The notes: generated by a model not told the origin, from the sequence alone. 64,000 nucleotides of DNA from an uncultured delta proteobacterium (GCA_963816145.1 CAWFJP010000014.1:448001-512000), one strand, 5' to 3'. Shown: positions 9,797-19,343, numbered from the stretch's first letter. Made by a program: numbers and translations.

Positions 9797-10807
9797 TTGG
9801 CTGCTTGCATTGTTGCGTCACTACATTCTCCTTCGCGATATTACTGCCGGGCGCAGGCGACCGACCCGAAGGTTGTCGAGGCGGCGAAGAAAGAGGGCGG
9901 TGAGATCGAAGCTTACGTCACTCTGCGCACCGATACGGCGCAATATATTTGGAAGATGTTCGAGGCCAAGTATCCGTTTCTGAGAGTAAAGCAGTATAAG
10001 GCCGACAGCGACAAGATGCTCCAGCGCTTGGCCACCGAGTATCGCGCCAAGAAGTATCTCGTCGACGTGCTTAACTTCGGCGGCGGCTTTCACACCCAAG
10101 TGTTGATCGAACAGGGCATCGCCGGAGCTTACCTATCGCCGGAGACGAAAAATTTTGCGCCGGCGTTCAAAGAGAAGAGCGGCTTGTGGACGACGCTTTA
10201 TTACAATCCTCTGACGCTGGTCTACAACACTAAACTGTTGGCGCCCAACGAACGGCCCAAGGACTGGTTCGATCTGTTGCATCCGCGATACAAAGGCCGC
10301 TTGGCCATCGAGCATGAGCAGGTCACCTGGTACGCCGGCATGTTGAAGCGCTATGGCGTGGAGAAGGGCAGGCAATTCATGCAGGGATTGGCCAAGCATG
10401 AGCCGCGTCCCGAGCAATCTTCGCGCGGCAACGCGCTGCTCGCCGCCGGTGAGTTTGCCGCTTACATCGGCCGCGGCCATGTCGCCGAAATGTTCAAAAA
10501 GAAAGGCGCGCCGGTGGATTGGATCAAGAATCCCGATCCGTTGGTGGTCCAGCCCGCGACCGTGCAGATCGCCAAACAAGCGCCCCATCCCAACTCAGCC
10601 AAGCTGCTGATCGACTTCATGCTGTCCGAGCAGGTAGCCGAACTGTTAGCTAAGGAGCAGCGGCTGCCCGGACGCAGCAACGCGGCGGGGCTCGATCCGG
10701 TGTTCAAGGAGATCAACGCGGAAAAAATCCTGCCCTTGTCGATCGAAGAGGTGCAGGCGAACTTTCGAAAATATCTCGAAGAGTATAGAACTTATTTCGG
10801 CAAGTAG
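9797..10807 (+). CDS. Extracellular solute-binding protein (AfuA/Fe3+-type family)
   Basis: AAKKEG, LVYNT, PKDWFDLL.P.YKG, APHPNSAKLLIDF; N-terminus uncertain. Confidence 0.85.
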   Translation: MAACIVASLHSPSRYYCRAQATDPKVVEAAKKEGGEIEAYVTLRTDTAQYIWKMFEAKYPFLRVKQYKADSDKMLQRLATEYRAKKYLVDVLNFGGGFHTQVLIEQGIAGAYLSPETKNFAPAFKEKSGLWTTLYYNPLTLVYNTKLLAPNERPKDWFDLLHPRYKGRLAIEHEQVTWYAGMLKRYGVEKGRQFMQGLAKHEPRPEQSSRGNALLAAGEFAAYIGRGHVAEMFKKKGAPVDWIKNPDPLVVQPATVQIAKQAPHPNSAKLLIDFMLSEQVAELLAKEQRLPGRSNAAGLDPVFKEINAEKILPLSIEEVQANFRKYLEEYRTYFGK

Positions 10808-10822
10808 CGGAACGAGTGAAAT

Positions 10823-11206
10823 ATGGCAAAGGCGACGGACAGAGCGAAGGCGGGCCATGTCACGGTCTCAACGGTACGCGGCCGCGCGGAAGCGCACGGG
10901 TTGGCAAAGCAGCTCGAAGCGGCGGGCATCGAGTGCGCGCTTGTGGAAGAACGGCTGACGGTGCTCGCCGGCGCCGGCCGGTACCGCTCCGCTGGTATCA
11001 AAGTGCAGGTCGACCGCAGCGTTGCCAAACGGGCGATCGAGCTGCTGCGCGAGCAGCATGGTGAACTGAAACCGGCTGCCAACAACATGTCCGGCGCTCT
11101 TTCATGGTTCCAATTGCCCGCCGCCGGATGGCTGCGCACGGCCTTGGAGGTTGGCGTCATCCTGGCCGCGGCGACGATATTAGCTTTAGTGTTTTTTCTG
11201 TATTGA
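10823..11206 (+). CDS. Hypothetical protein, DUF2007-like domain with C-terminal membrane anchor
   Basis: EAHGLAKQLEAAGIECAL...IKVQV...A.ELL pattern; hydrophobic C-terminus. Confidence 0.65.
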   Translation: MAKATDRAKAGHVTVSTVRGRAEAHGLAKQLEAAGIECALVEERLTVLAGAGRYRSAGIKVQVDRSVAKRAIELLREQHGELKPAANNMSGALSWFQLPAAGWLRTALEVGVILAAATILALVFFLY

Positions 11207-11230
11207 AATTATTTGTAGGGGAGAAACGCA

Positions 11231-12271
11231 ATGCTCGATGGCAAACTGAGAATCGCTCCGACCTGTTATCACGTGCTGCACCAAGTGCCGGTGATGACTG
11301 CCCATGAACTCAATTTCTTCTTTGACGAAGGGCTCAAGACCGCCGATGGATCTTACGGCTATGAAATTTTGACCGACTCGATGGTGCCGTTCGGCTTGGA
11401 GAAGCTCGGCATCTCCCAAGCAATGAAAGAGAAGTCGGTGGACATCGCTCTCGATGTCCAGTCGCGCACGGTTTTCTACCAGCGCGCCCGCGGCGCCGAT
11501 CTCTATATCATTTCCGGCTGGCGCAACCAGCATACCAATGTCTGGGTCGCGCCGCCGCATATCAAGTCGCTGCAAGAGTTAAAAGGCAAGCGCGTCGGCA
11601 TCAGCGACTTCAACAGCATCCGCCATTGGGCGATTCAGATTCAACTTAAAAAGGCCGGCCTTGACCTGGAGAAAGACATCGAGTGGGTGCGCATCGGCGT
11701 CAACTCTCGGCTGCATTTAGACGCGATCCGCAGCGGCAAAGTCGAATGCGCGCCGGTTCCGCCCTGGTACGCCAAAGAGTTGCAGGCCGAAGGCTGCAAC
11801 GCGCTGGTGTCGCCGGCGGACCAATATCCCGACGGCCGGCCCGAGCGTATCATCGCCGCCACCGGGCGGATTCTCGAGGAGCGGCCCGATCTGGTCAAAG
11901 GTTTTCTCAAGGCGATGATCCGTTCCTATTGGTTCGTGCGCGACATGCCGAAAAACTACGAGTACATTTCAAATCTGGAAAAGCGGCTGCGCCTGCGCAG
12001 CCCTGATCCCGAAGAGCGCGTTGTCAAACATCTGCGCTCGGCGCAGGATTTGGAAGCGATGCCGTTCCCGCTAGACGGTCGAGCCACCGGCTTTGAAGAT
12101 ATGCTCAAGGAAGAAGAGCGGCTTGGCGAACTGAATTACGACGTCCCGGCGATCAGCGACGTGGTAGCGCAGGATTTGTGCGACGAAGCATTTAAAGAAC
12201 TGCGCGGTCGCAAGGAGTTGGATGAGGAATTTCAACGGCTCAAGGTGATTGAGAAAAGGTGGGGGTATTAG
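11231..12271 (+). CDS. SsuA/NMT1-fold protein lacking a signal peptide
   Basis: ELKGKRVGIS, AGLDLEKDIEWV, RPDLVKGFLKA; RBS GGGGAG; no h-region. Confidence 0.8.
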   Translation: MLDGKLRIAPTCYHVLHQVPVMTAHELNFFFDEGLKTADGSYGYEILTDSMVPFGLEKLGISQAMKEKSVDIALDVQSRTVFYQRARGADLYIISGWRNQHTNVWVAPPHIKSLQELKGKRVGISDFNSIRHWAIQIQLKKAGLDLEKDIEWVRIGVNSRLHLDAIRSGKVECAPVPPWYAKELQAEGCNALVSPADQYPDGRPERIIAATGRILEERPDLVKGFLKAMIRSYWFVRDMPKNYEYISNLEKRLRLRSPDPEERVVKHLRSAQDLEAMPFPLDGRATGFEDMLKEEERLGELNYDVPAISDVVAQDLCDEAFKELRGRKELDEEFQRLKVIEKRWGY

Positions 12272-12286
12272 AGGGCGCTGCGCGCC

Positions 12287-12322
12287 CGTTCAAAACGTTC
12301 AAGCCGTTCAAATCGTTCAAAA
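12287..12322. repeat. 4 x 9-bp cgttcaaNN tandem array
   Basis: cgttcaaaa cgttcaagc cgttcaaat cgttcaaaa. Confidence 0.85.
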
Positions 12323-12370
12323 GGATTGGGATGAAATACGCCGCACTGGTGTGGGGAGGGTGAGCCATCA

Positions 12371-13420
12371 ATGAGAGCAACGAATCGCAGATTTTTTCGA
12401 ATTCTATCACTTTTGTCTTTATGTGGCGGACTGTTGGCGGATTCAATCGTTCACGCTCAGGGGGCGAAGAGTTTCTTGGACGGTAAAATAATAACATTCC
12501 TGGTCGGTTCGTCCGCCGGGGGCGGGACGGATGTAACGGCGCGGTTGATTGCGCGTCATATCGAACGCCAGTTGCCGGGCAAGCCGCGCATCGATATCGC
12601 CAACAAACCGGGGGCGGGCGGTATGATCGCGGCGAATGAACTTTACAATCTTAAGAAGCCCGACGGCTTGACTATCAGCACGCTCAATACCGGAGCGCTG
12701 TTTGCGACGGCGACGGGCAATGAGGCGATCAAATTCGACTTGCAGAAGTTTCTCTGGGTCGGCCAGGCGTTCGACGACGCTCAAGTTCTTTATCTTAAGA
12801 CTTCGACTCCCTACACCAGCTTCGATGCGATTAAAAAGGCCAACCGCGAGGGCAAGCAGCCCAAGATGGGCGCTCAGGCCCTGGATCACACCAGCAACGT
12901 GGTGGTCAAGATCGCGGAGCAGATCTTTGGCTTGGACTTCACGGTCATTCCCGGTTATCCCGGCACGCCGCAGATACTGCTCGACATCGAGCGCGGCGCT
13001 CTCGATGGCCGCGCCCAAGGTATCGGCTCCTTGATGTCGACACGGCGCGAGTGGATTAAAAACGGTTACATAAAAATATTGGCGACCTCGAAAAAAAGCG
13101 TGGATTCGCGGATTCCGGGCGTCCCCCCCATGGAAGATATCGCGCCGGCCGGAAGCAAAGGATTGCTCAACGCCCTATACGCGGGGCAAAATCTTGCGCG
13201 CTCCGTGGTCCTGCCGCCGGGCGTGCCGGCGGACCGATTGAAGATCTGGCGCGACGCCTTTGCGGCGATGACCAAAGATGAGGCGTTCAACAAAGAGGCC
13301 GCGAAGCTAGGCCTCGAAGTCGACTTGATTCGCGGCGAAGAAATGAACCGCGACATCGAATCCACGCTTCGCGATAAGCGGTTGATGGACCTTTATCGAA
13401 TGATTGCCTCTGCCAAATGA
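12371..13420 (+). CDS. Tripartite tricarboxylate transporter substrate-binding protein (TctC/Bug family)
   Basis: SAGGGTD..AR, NKPGAGG, PDGLT, PPGVP; signal peptide. Confidence 0.9.
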   Translation: MRATNRRFFRILSLLSLCGGLLADSIVHAQGAKSFLDGKIITFLVGSSAGGGTDVTARLIARHIERQLPGKPRIDIANKPGAGGMIAANELYNLKKPDGLTISTLNTGALFATATGNEAIKFDLQKFLWVGQAFDDAQVLYLKTSTPYTSFDAIKKANREGKQPKMGAQALDHTSNVVVKIAEQIFGLDFTVIPGYPGTPQILLDIERGALDGRAQGIGSLMSTRREWIKNGYIKILATSKKSVDSRIPGVPPMEDIAPAGSKGLLNALYAGQNLARSVVLPPGVPADRLKIWRDAFAAMTKDEAFNKEAAKLGLEVDLIRGEEMNRDIESTLRDKRLMDLYRMIASAK

Positions 13421-13493
13421 AGGCAAAAGTAAAAAGTAAATAGGCAAAAACCGATTCGATTATCCCAGTTCTGCCTTTTTACTTTTACCTTTT
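13421..13493. repeat. Inverted 7-bp-periodic array (ggcaaaa/gtaaaaa ... tttttac)
   Basis: aggcaaaagtaaaaagtaaataggcaaaa ... ttctgcctttttacttttacctttt. Confidence 0.75.
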
Positions 13494-13501
13494 GAATTGT
13501 T

Positions 13502-14938
13502 TTGTCTACTCTCGCTATTCTCATCGATTTCGGCAGCACCTTCACCAAAGTCTGCGCGGTGGATTTGGCCAGCGCCCGGTTGCTTGGGCGGAGCCAATCA
13601 CCATCGACCGTGCACAGCGACGTGCGCGAGGGGTTGCTGCGCGGGCTGGTTTCCCTGCACGAACGTCATCGACTCTTTGACCAAACGCCGCGCGATTTAT
13701 CGGTGCTCGAAGATCAGCTCGTTTTGGCGTCGAGTAGCGCCGCCGGCGGGTTACGCATCGTCGTGGTCGGCAACGTTCCCGGATTGACCGTCGAAGCGGC
13801 GAACCAAGCCGCGCTTGGGGCCGGCGCCAAGGTCGTTGGAGCTACGGCGTTCAAACTATCCGCGGCCAAACTCGGGGCGATAGAGGCTCTGCGCCCCGAC
13901 ATGATCTTACTCACCGGCGGGGTCGACGGCGGCGATGCCGAAACCATCATGCATAACGCGCGGCTGCTCGCGCAATCGCCGCAGTCGGTACCGATGGTGG
14001 TCGCTGGCAATCGCGCGGTGGCGGATGATGTCGTGAATTTATTTCAGCAATACGGCAAGGAAGTTCGCTCTGTCGCCAACGTTATGCCGAGCACCGCCAA
14101 GCTCAACGTCGAGCCGGCCCGTGAGGCGATCCGCGAAATTTTCATGGCACGTATCACCCAAGCCAAGGGGCTCGACGGTTTGGCAGGCCTAGTGCCGGTA
14201 GTCTTGCCTACGCCCATGGCGGTGCTGGAAGGCGTGCGTCTCGGCGCCGATGGCGCGGCGGGTAAAAGCGGTTGGGGCGATATGCTGGTGGTGGATGTCG
14301 GCGGCGCGACCACCGATGTTCACTCGATCGGCGACGGTCATGCTGGCGGTGAGAACGTGATTGTCCAGAGCATGGCCGAAGCCTACGCCAAGCGCACTGT
14401 CGAAGGTGATTTGGGAATTCGCTACAACGCCGCGACGATTCTCGAACGTGTGGGCGAGGCTTCGTTGCTCGAAGATTTGCAGCGCATTTTTAGCCAGATC
14501 GCCATCACGGGTGGCATGCTGCGCGGCTATATCGAGCAACTTGGCCATGATACCAGCACGCTGCCACGAGCCGACTGGCATAGCGCCGCGGATGCCGTGC
14601 TCGCCCGGGCTGCTGTCGATATCGCCATCGCGCGCCATGTCGGCCGCCGCGAGCGCATCGTCGCCCGCGAAGGCGAGGCTTGGCTGCACTACGGTAAAGA
14701 TATGCGTGACACGCACACGCTGATCGGCACCGGCGGTGTGTTCGTCCACAATGCCAACGCGGCTTTCATTCTGTGCCAGGGCGGACAAAACGACGACCGG
14801 GTGCAAGCGTTGCGGCCGCGCCTGCCGAAATTGTATTTGGATGGATCCTATCTGCTTTACGCCGTTGGGTTACTTGCCAAGGAGTATCCGTCGGTAGGGT
14901 TACGGCTCTTTCAGCAGAATATGCGGCCGGTCGGTTGA
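13502..14938 (+). CDS. glmL: Glutamate mutase L (GlmL/MutL), ASKHA-fold accessory ATPase
   Basis: IDFGSTFTK, SSAAGGL, ALGAGAKV, LLTGGVDGG, PTP.AV, DVGGATTDVHS, KRTVEGDLG; TTG start. Confidence 0.9.
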   Translation: MSTLAILIDFGSTFTKVCAVDLASARLLGRSQSPSTVHSDVREGLLRGLVSLHERHRLFDQTPRDLSVLEDQLVLASSSAAGGLRIVVVGNVPGLTVEAANQAALGAGAKVVGATAFKLSAAKLGAIEALRPDMILLTGGVDGGDAETIMHNARLLAQSPQSVPMVVAGNRAVADDVVNLFQQYGKEVRSVANVMPSTAKLNVEPAREAIREIFMARITQAKGLDGLAGLVPVVLPTPMAVLEGVRLGADGAAGKSGWGDMLVVDVGGATTDVHSIGDGHAGGENVIVQSMAEAYAKRTVEGDLGIRYNAATILERVGEASLLEDLQRIFSQIAITGGMLRGYIEQLGHDTSTLPRADWHSAADAVLARAAVDIAIARHVGRRERIVAREGEAWLHYGKDMRDTHTLIGTGGVFVHNANAAFILCQGGQNDDRVQALRPRLPKLYLDGSYLLYAVGLLAKEYPSVGLRLFQQNMRPVG

Positions 14939-15053
14939 TCTTGGAACTGGGTTGTCCCGCCAATAGTCGCGTCTAATGCAAGATCAAAGAACACCTGAGT
15001 CCCGCGTACGCGGCACTCGGGGAATTAAGGTTTGGCTTAAAACCAGCCGTCAA

Positions 15054-15929
15054 TTATTTTATTTTCGCCGCGATTCCGGCAAGCCGATCCATCTGATCCA
15101 AATCTTCGGCACAGGGGCGCAGGATAAATTCATCGACGCCCATCTCGGCTTGGCGCTGGATCGCCGAGCGGACGGCTTCATCGGAGGCTGGCAGGGTACT
15201 TAAGCGTTTCGCCGCGAGTTCGCGATTGTAGCCGTAGTTGTGGTTAATGTACTCGGTGGCATGCTCGGTCGCGTTGGGACCGAGGGCAAAATAGCTGGCA
15301 CCGACCCAGCGCGGCTGACCAGCGCGGCCATGAACTTTCCAGGATTGTAAAATATTTCGCCAAGTTTTGAGCATGGCTTCCGGCTCGCCGCCGCCCGGGG
15401 CCATGTAGCCGTCGCCCCACTTGGCGATGCGCTCGACGATCGCTGGTACATAGCCGCCGATGAGTAGCTCCGGTCCGCCCCGGCGCACCGCTGGTGGGCC
15501 GATGACGCCGGTGTCGGGCGATAACATTTCACCGGACCAAAGTTTGCGAAGCAGCTCGTATTGTTGCTCCGAGCTGCGGCCGCGCCGGTGAAAGTCCGTG
15601 CCGCTGGCGAGGTAATCGTTTTTGCGCACGCCGATGCCGACGCCGAGGGTCAATCGGCCGCCGGAGAGGGTATCGATGGTTGCGGCTTGGCGCGCCAGCA
15701 GCGTGGTTTCGCGCGTCGGCCCGATGACCACGCTGGTCATGAGGCCAATGCGTTTGGTGGCACCGGCAGCCATGGCCAGTACCGAGAGCGGCTCCAGCGC
15801 CTGGGAGACGACACGATCGGTGACGACCACGCTGGAGAACGGCCCGGCCTCGGCGCGGGTGATCCACTCCAACATCATTTCGCCTGATGCAGAGGCGACG
15901 CGGCTAGGTAGTCCTAATGCAATGCGCAT
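15054..15929 (-). CDS. LLM-class (luciferase-like) flavin-dependent oxidoreductase
   Basis: AE..PFSSV...DR, LARQAATIDTLSGGRLTLGVGIG. Confidence 0.9.
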   Translation of the reverse strand: MRIALGLPSRVASASGEMMLEWITRAEAGPFSSVVVTDRVVSQALEPLSVLAMAAGATKRIGLMTSVVIGPTRETTLLARQAATIDTLSGGRLTLGVGIGVRKNDYLASGTDFHRRGRSSEQQYELLRKLWSGEMLSPDTGVIGPPAVRRGGPELLIGGYVPAIVERIAKWGDGYMAPGGGEPEAMLKTWRNILQSWKVHGRAGQPRWVGASYFALGPNATEHATEYINHNYGYNRELAAKRLSTLPASDEAVRSAIQRQAEMGVDEFILRPCAEDLDQMDRLAGIAAKIK

Positions 15930-16078
15930 AATAGCTCCATTGTCACAGGGACAAAGTATCCAGGGGCGCGACCTTAAGTCAAACTAATTCGCCAGGCGAT
16001 TTTAGTAATCGCTACTCGCCATGTTATTCTGGATATCGTGACAGCTTCGCTACAATCGATCTTTCCTCGGCCCACTCG

Positions 16079-17899
16079 ATGAAGACTCTTGCACAGACGT
16101 TCGCTGAGCTGCGCTATTCGTTTGTGCACACGCCGCAAGCGATTCGGTTCGTTTGGCGCAACAATCATTGGGGCATCCTCGGCTTGGCTTTTCTCACGCT
16201 TGCCGGCGCGCTGTTGCCGGCGGCACAAGCATGGGTTGGCAAGCTGATCGTCGACGGGGTGGTGGCGGCGATCCAGCATGGCCAGGATCACGATCAGGCA
16301 AAGTCAGTATTTTACTATCTTGTTGTAGAATTGTTGCTGATTCTGTTCGGCACTGGCGTCGTCCAAGCGCGCCGTCTGATTCAGCAGCTCACTCAACTTA
16401 AGCTCGCCAACCAGATTCGCGGCGAGATCATCGGCAAGGCGCTGACGCTGGATTTAGCCTTCTTCGAACACCCGGAGTATTACGACAAGCTGCAAAACGC
16501 CCGGCGCGAGGGTGGCTACAAGCCTGTCGAGCTGATCAACGATACGTTTCAGATCGTGCAAAATGCCATCACACTGGCGTCCTTTGCCGTACTGCTCTTG
16601 CGTTTCAGTCCGTGGCTGGTAGCGATTCTGGTTCTAACCAGCATCCCGGCGTTCATCGCCGAGACGCGCTTCTCGGGGCAAGGCTTTCGGCTATTGACCC
16701 GGCGCGCACCCGAGACCCGGCAGATTAACTATCTTTCCCGGCTGTTGACCGAGGACGCCTCGGCCAAGGAGATCAAACTTTTCAATTTGGGCGGGACTCT
16801 GCTGACGCGCTACATGACCTTGTTCGAAAAGTTTTTTCACGAAGACAAGGCGCTCGCTTGCCGGCGCGCTATGGCGGGCTTTAGCCTCGGGCTGGTCGCC
16901 ACGTTGGGATTCTATGGCTCCTATGCCTGGATCGTTTGGCACACCGTGCAGCGCCGGATCTCGCTTGGCGACATGACGCTCTATCTGGCGATCTTTCGCC
17001 AGGGGCAGGCGACGTTTCAAAACATACTCTACGCTGTCAGCAGCATTTACGAGAACAATCTGTTCATGTCGAATTTTTTCGAGTTTTTAGGCATGACGCC
17101 GCAGTTGGCGATCGCGGCCAAGCCCAAGGTGTTGCCGGCGACGCTGCGCTGCGGCATCGAGTTCCGCGATGTCGGCTTTCGTTATCCGGACAATGACGCA
17201 TGGGTATTGCGCCGCGTGAATCTCATCATCCGTCCGGGCGAGAAGATCGCGCTGGTGGGCCACAACGGCGCCGGTAAGACGACTTTGATCAAATTGTTGA
17301 GCCGGCTTTACGATCCGACCGAAGGCGCGATCTTGATCGACGGGATCGATCTGCGCGACGTCGATCCGCTGGCGCTGCGCCAGAAGATCGGCGTGATCTT
17401 CCAGGACTTCGTCCGTTTTCACTTGCCGGTGAAGGAAAACATCGGCTTCGGCCAGATCGACGCGGCGGCGGATCTGGACCGCATCGTCACGTCGGCACGC
17501 AAGAGCGGCGCCGATACGGTCATCGACCGCTTACCCGATGGCTACGACACCATGCTCGGCCGTTGGTTTAGCGGCGGCCATGAGCTTTCCCTCGGTCAGT
17601 GGCAGAAGGTCGCTCTGGCACGCGCGTTCATGCGCGAGGCCGAGATTCTGGTGCTCGACGAGCCCACGGCATCGGTGGATGCGCAGTCCGAGTACGAAAT
17701 CTTTTGCCACTTTCAGGAGTTGACGGCAGGGAAGATGGCGATCCTGATCTCCCATCGTTTCTCGACCGTGCGCATGGCCGATCGCATCGCAGTCATCGAA
17801 GGCGGCGGTATCGTCGAGATCGGCAGCCATAAAGAGCTGATCGATCGGAATGGCACCTACGCCCGCTTGTTTAGCATGCAGGCGGAAGGGTATCGATAA
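16079..17899 (+). CDS. ABC exporter, fused permease plus ATPase
   Basis: Several TM helices; GHNGAGKT, LSLGQWQK, LVLDEP, ISHR. Confidence 0.92.
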   Translation: MKTLAQTFAELRYSFVHTPQAIRFVWRNNHWGILGLAFLTLAGALLPAAQAWVGKLIVDGVVAAIQHGQDHDQAKSVFYYLVVELLLILFGTGVVQARRLIQQLTQLKLANQIRGEIIGKALTLDLAFFEHPEYYDKLQNARREGGYKPVELINDTFQIVQNAITLASFAVLLLRFSPWLVAILVLTSIPAFIAETRFSGQGFRLLTRRAPETRQINYLSRLLTEDASAKEIKLFNLGGTLLTRYMTLFEKFFHEDKALACRRAMAGFSLGLVATLGFYGSYAWIVWHTVQRRISLGDMTLYLAIFRQGQATFQNILYAVSSIYENNLFMSNFFEFLGMTPQLAIAAKPKVLPATLRCGIEFRDVGFRYPDNDAWVLRRVNLIIRPGEKIALVGHNGAGKTTLIKLLSRLYDPTEGAILIDGIDLRDVDPLALRQKIGVIFQDFVRFHLPVKENIGFGQIDAAADLDRIVTSARKSGADTVIDRLPDGYDTMLGRWFSGGHELSLGQWQKVALARAFMREAEILVLDEPTASVDAQSEYEIFCHFQELTAGKMAILISHRFSTVRMADRIAVIEGGGIVEIGSHKELIDRNGTYARLFSMQAEGYR

Positions 17900-18062
17900 T
17901 GCCAGCTGCCAATGACTTATTGAAATCGTTGCCGTCGATTTACCATGGTCGAACCATTGACGTCCGCTTTCCCAAGCCATGGCAGGACGCGTCGACGCGC
18001 GGCAACTTCAATGATTCAATTGGATGCCGCGCGTCGAAGTGGATTGGATGGAAATTGGCGCA

Positions 18063-18188
18063 TTAATCTCCGCTGCTGCTCGATCTCCCCTCCGACGATC
18101 CGCCGCTGCCCTCTTGTGAAACCTCAGGGCAACCTGCAAGCGCGAAAAGCGAGAGCAAAAGCATCACACTCCAAATTTTTTTCAACAT
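18063..18188 (-). CDS. 41-aa Ser/Gly-rich mini-lipoprotein (absent from the ORF track)
   Basis: Hand translation MLKKIWSVMLLLSLFALAGCPEVSQEGSGGSSEGRSSSSGD*; GGAGGAGG RBS 7 nt upstream; KK n-region, h-region, LAGC lipobox; sigma54 promoter upstream. Confidence 0.85.
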   Translation of the reverse strand: MLKKIWSVMLLLSLFALAGCPEVSQEGSGGSSEGRSSSSGD

Positions 18189-18251
18189 CGTTAATCCTCC
18201 TCCGCTGAATGTAGTCGAACATATCCGTGGACATGCCGCGAGCTTTGCGTC

Positions 18252-18267
18252 AGCAATTGCGATGCCA
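18252..18267 (-). promoter_or_regulatory. sigma54 -24/-12 promoter (copy 1)
   Basis: Minus strand reads TGGCAT-CGCAA-TTGCT, matching TGGCAC-N5-TTGCW; about 65 bp upstream of the mini-lipoprotein ATG. Confidence 0.85.
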
Positions 18268-18894
18268 TCAATTGCGCGATCAAAGCATAGATAAAACCGG
18301 CAACTGCGAACGATGATGCGGCGGAGATTGTGGCAAATTGAAACGTTTTTAAAGTGATTGGGCGTAGCGTTAAAAACTTTGCAGTGTGTTCACTACAAAT
18401 GGTTGTTCGTTGCAAAATCCGACGGATCGATGCATTTTACGACGTCCGCTGCGGCGGTAAAATTTTGGCTGTCTTGAAGAAACTGGGTTACGCCAGACGT
18501 GATTTGGCGAGGACCGACAGCGGCTCCATAGCTGTGGGACGAGGCTGTCCGTGGTGATCAAACGGCAAATCGATCCCGCTTCCGCAAACGCCTTGCCGAC
18601 CTTATCTTGTCGGCTGTGGTGAGGATGTATTTGATCGGGCCTCGATGGGCGCCTATCGATATACTCCGAAACTGGTGTTCCAGCAGTCACGCAGGGTGGA
18701 TTGGTGCCGCACGGGCGGTCGAGGCGTTTGCCAACAGCCCTTAAGAATGGTTGCTTTGGCGAGGAGGGGCGGCGATCCGCAATACCGCGTTGTGGAGTGA
18801 TGGTGAATTTAGGATGGATGTAAGGATAATCCCAAGTGTGGAGAACTACCTATCGGGCAGAACTCCGCACCTGGGCATCGGCTGGTGGGTTCAA

Positions 18895-19062
18895 TTATTC
18901 TGATTCAGGCTTGGGCTCAGGTTTCGGTGCCGGCTTTGGCGCTGGCTTTTCGTCCGGTGAAGGCTCGTCCTGGGCGTAACTGATTGTCACCATCTTTCCG
19001 ATGCCCGGTAGAGCCCAGTTCATTAACGACAATGCAACTACAAGAATCAATGTCTTTTTCAT
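18895..19062 (-). CDS. 55-aa secreted Pro/Lys/Glu-rich peptide
   Basis: MKKTLILVVALSLMNWALPGIGKMVTISYA|QDEPSPDEKPAPKPAPKPEPKPESE; GGGAG RBS; signal-peptide-like N-terminus. Confidence 0.7.
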   Translation of the reverse strand: MKKTLILVVALSLMNWALPGIGKMVTISYAQDEPSPDEKPAPKPAPKPEPKPESE

Positions 19063-19279
19063 ATGAATCTCCCAAATGGGTTGTGATGAGGGTTGGTAGA
19101 GTTTTTGTGGTTGTTCAATCACCGCTGTCTCTGCGAACCCGTGCGCAGATTCGGCGGTCTCATTGGATTCGCTGGAATCCGTAGAGTTGACTCCCCCTTG
19201 TCGAGCCATGCTTCGACATCCTGCCAAAGCACACAACGAGACCGGCAACGCCAAAATCCAAGTCTCTTCGTTACATCAT
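19063..19279 (-). pseudogene. Start-disrupted paralog of the mini-lipoprotein
   Basis: GGAGGG RBS then ATG ATG TAA; the adjacent frame reads TWILALPVSLCALAGCRSMARQGG with the same W-to-C spacing as copy 1 and continues in frame into 19062. Confidence 0.6.
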
Positions 19280-19343
19280 AATTGTTTTTCCCTCCGCTCG
19301 ATTTTGTCGGACATGTCTTTGAACACGCGCGCACCTTTGGTTC

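Noticed and set aside
13502-14938. Mismatch-repair MutL
   Set aside because: Name overlap only; motifs are ASKHA-type GlmL, not a GHKL ATPase
18328-18344. tgtggcaaattgaaacg as the upstream activator site for the cassette
   Set aside because: Position is plausible, but the match to the corresponding region of copy 2 is weak (about 10/17), so it is not supportable
18191-18415. 74-aa ORF upstream of the mini-lipoprotein
   Set aside because: It runs through the sigma54 promoter and RBS, has a TTG start and lacks a clear RBS
18720-18745. gggctgttggcaaac (minus strand) as an IS terminal repeat
   Set aside because: No partner repeat, target duplication or transposase remnant could be found by eye
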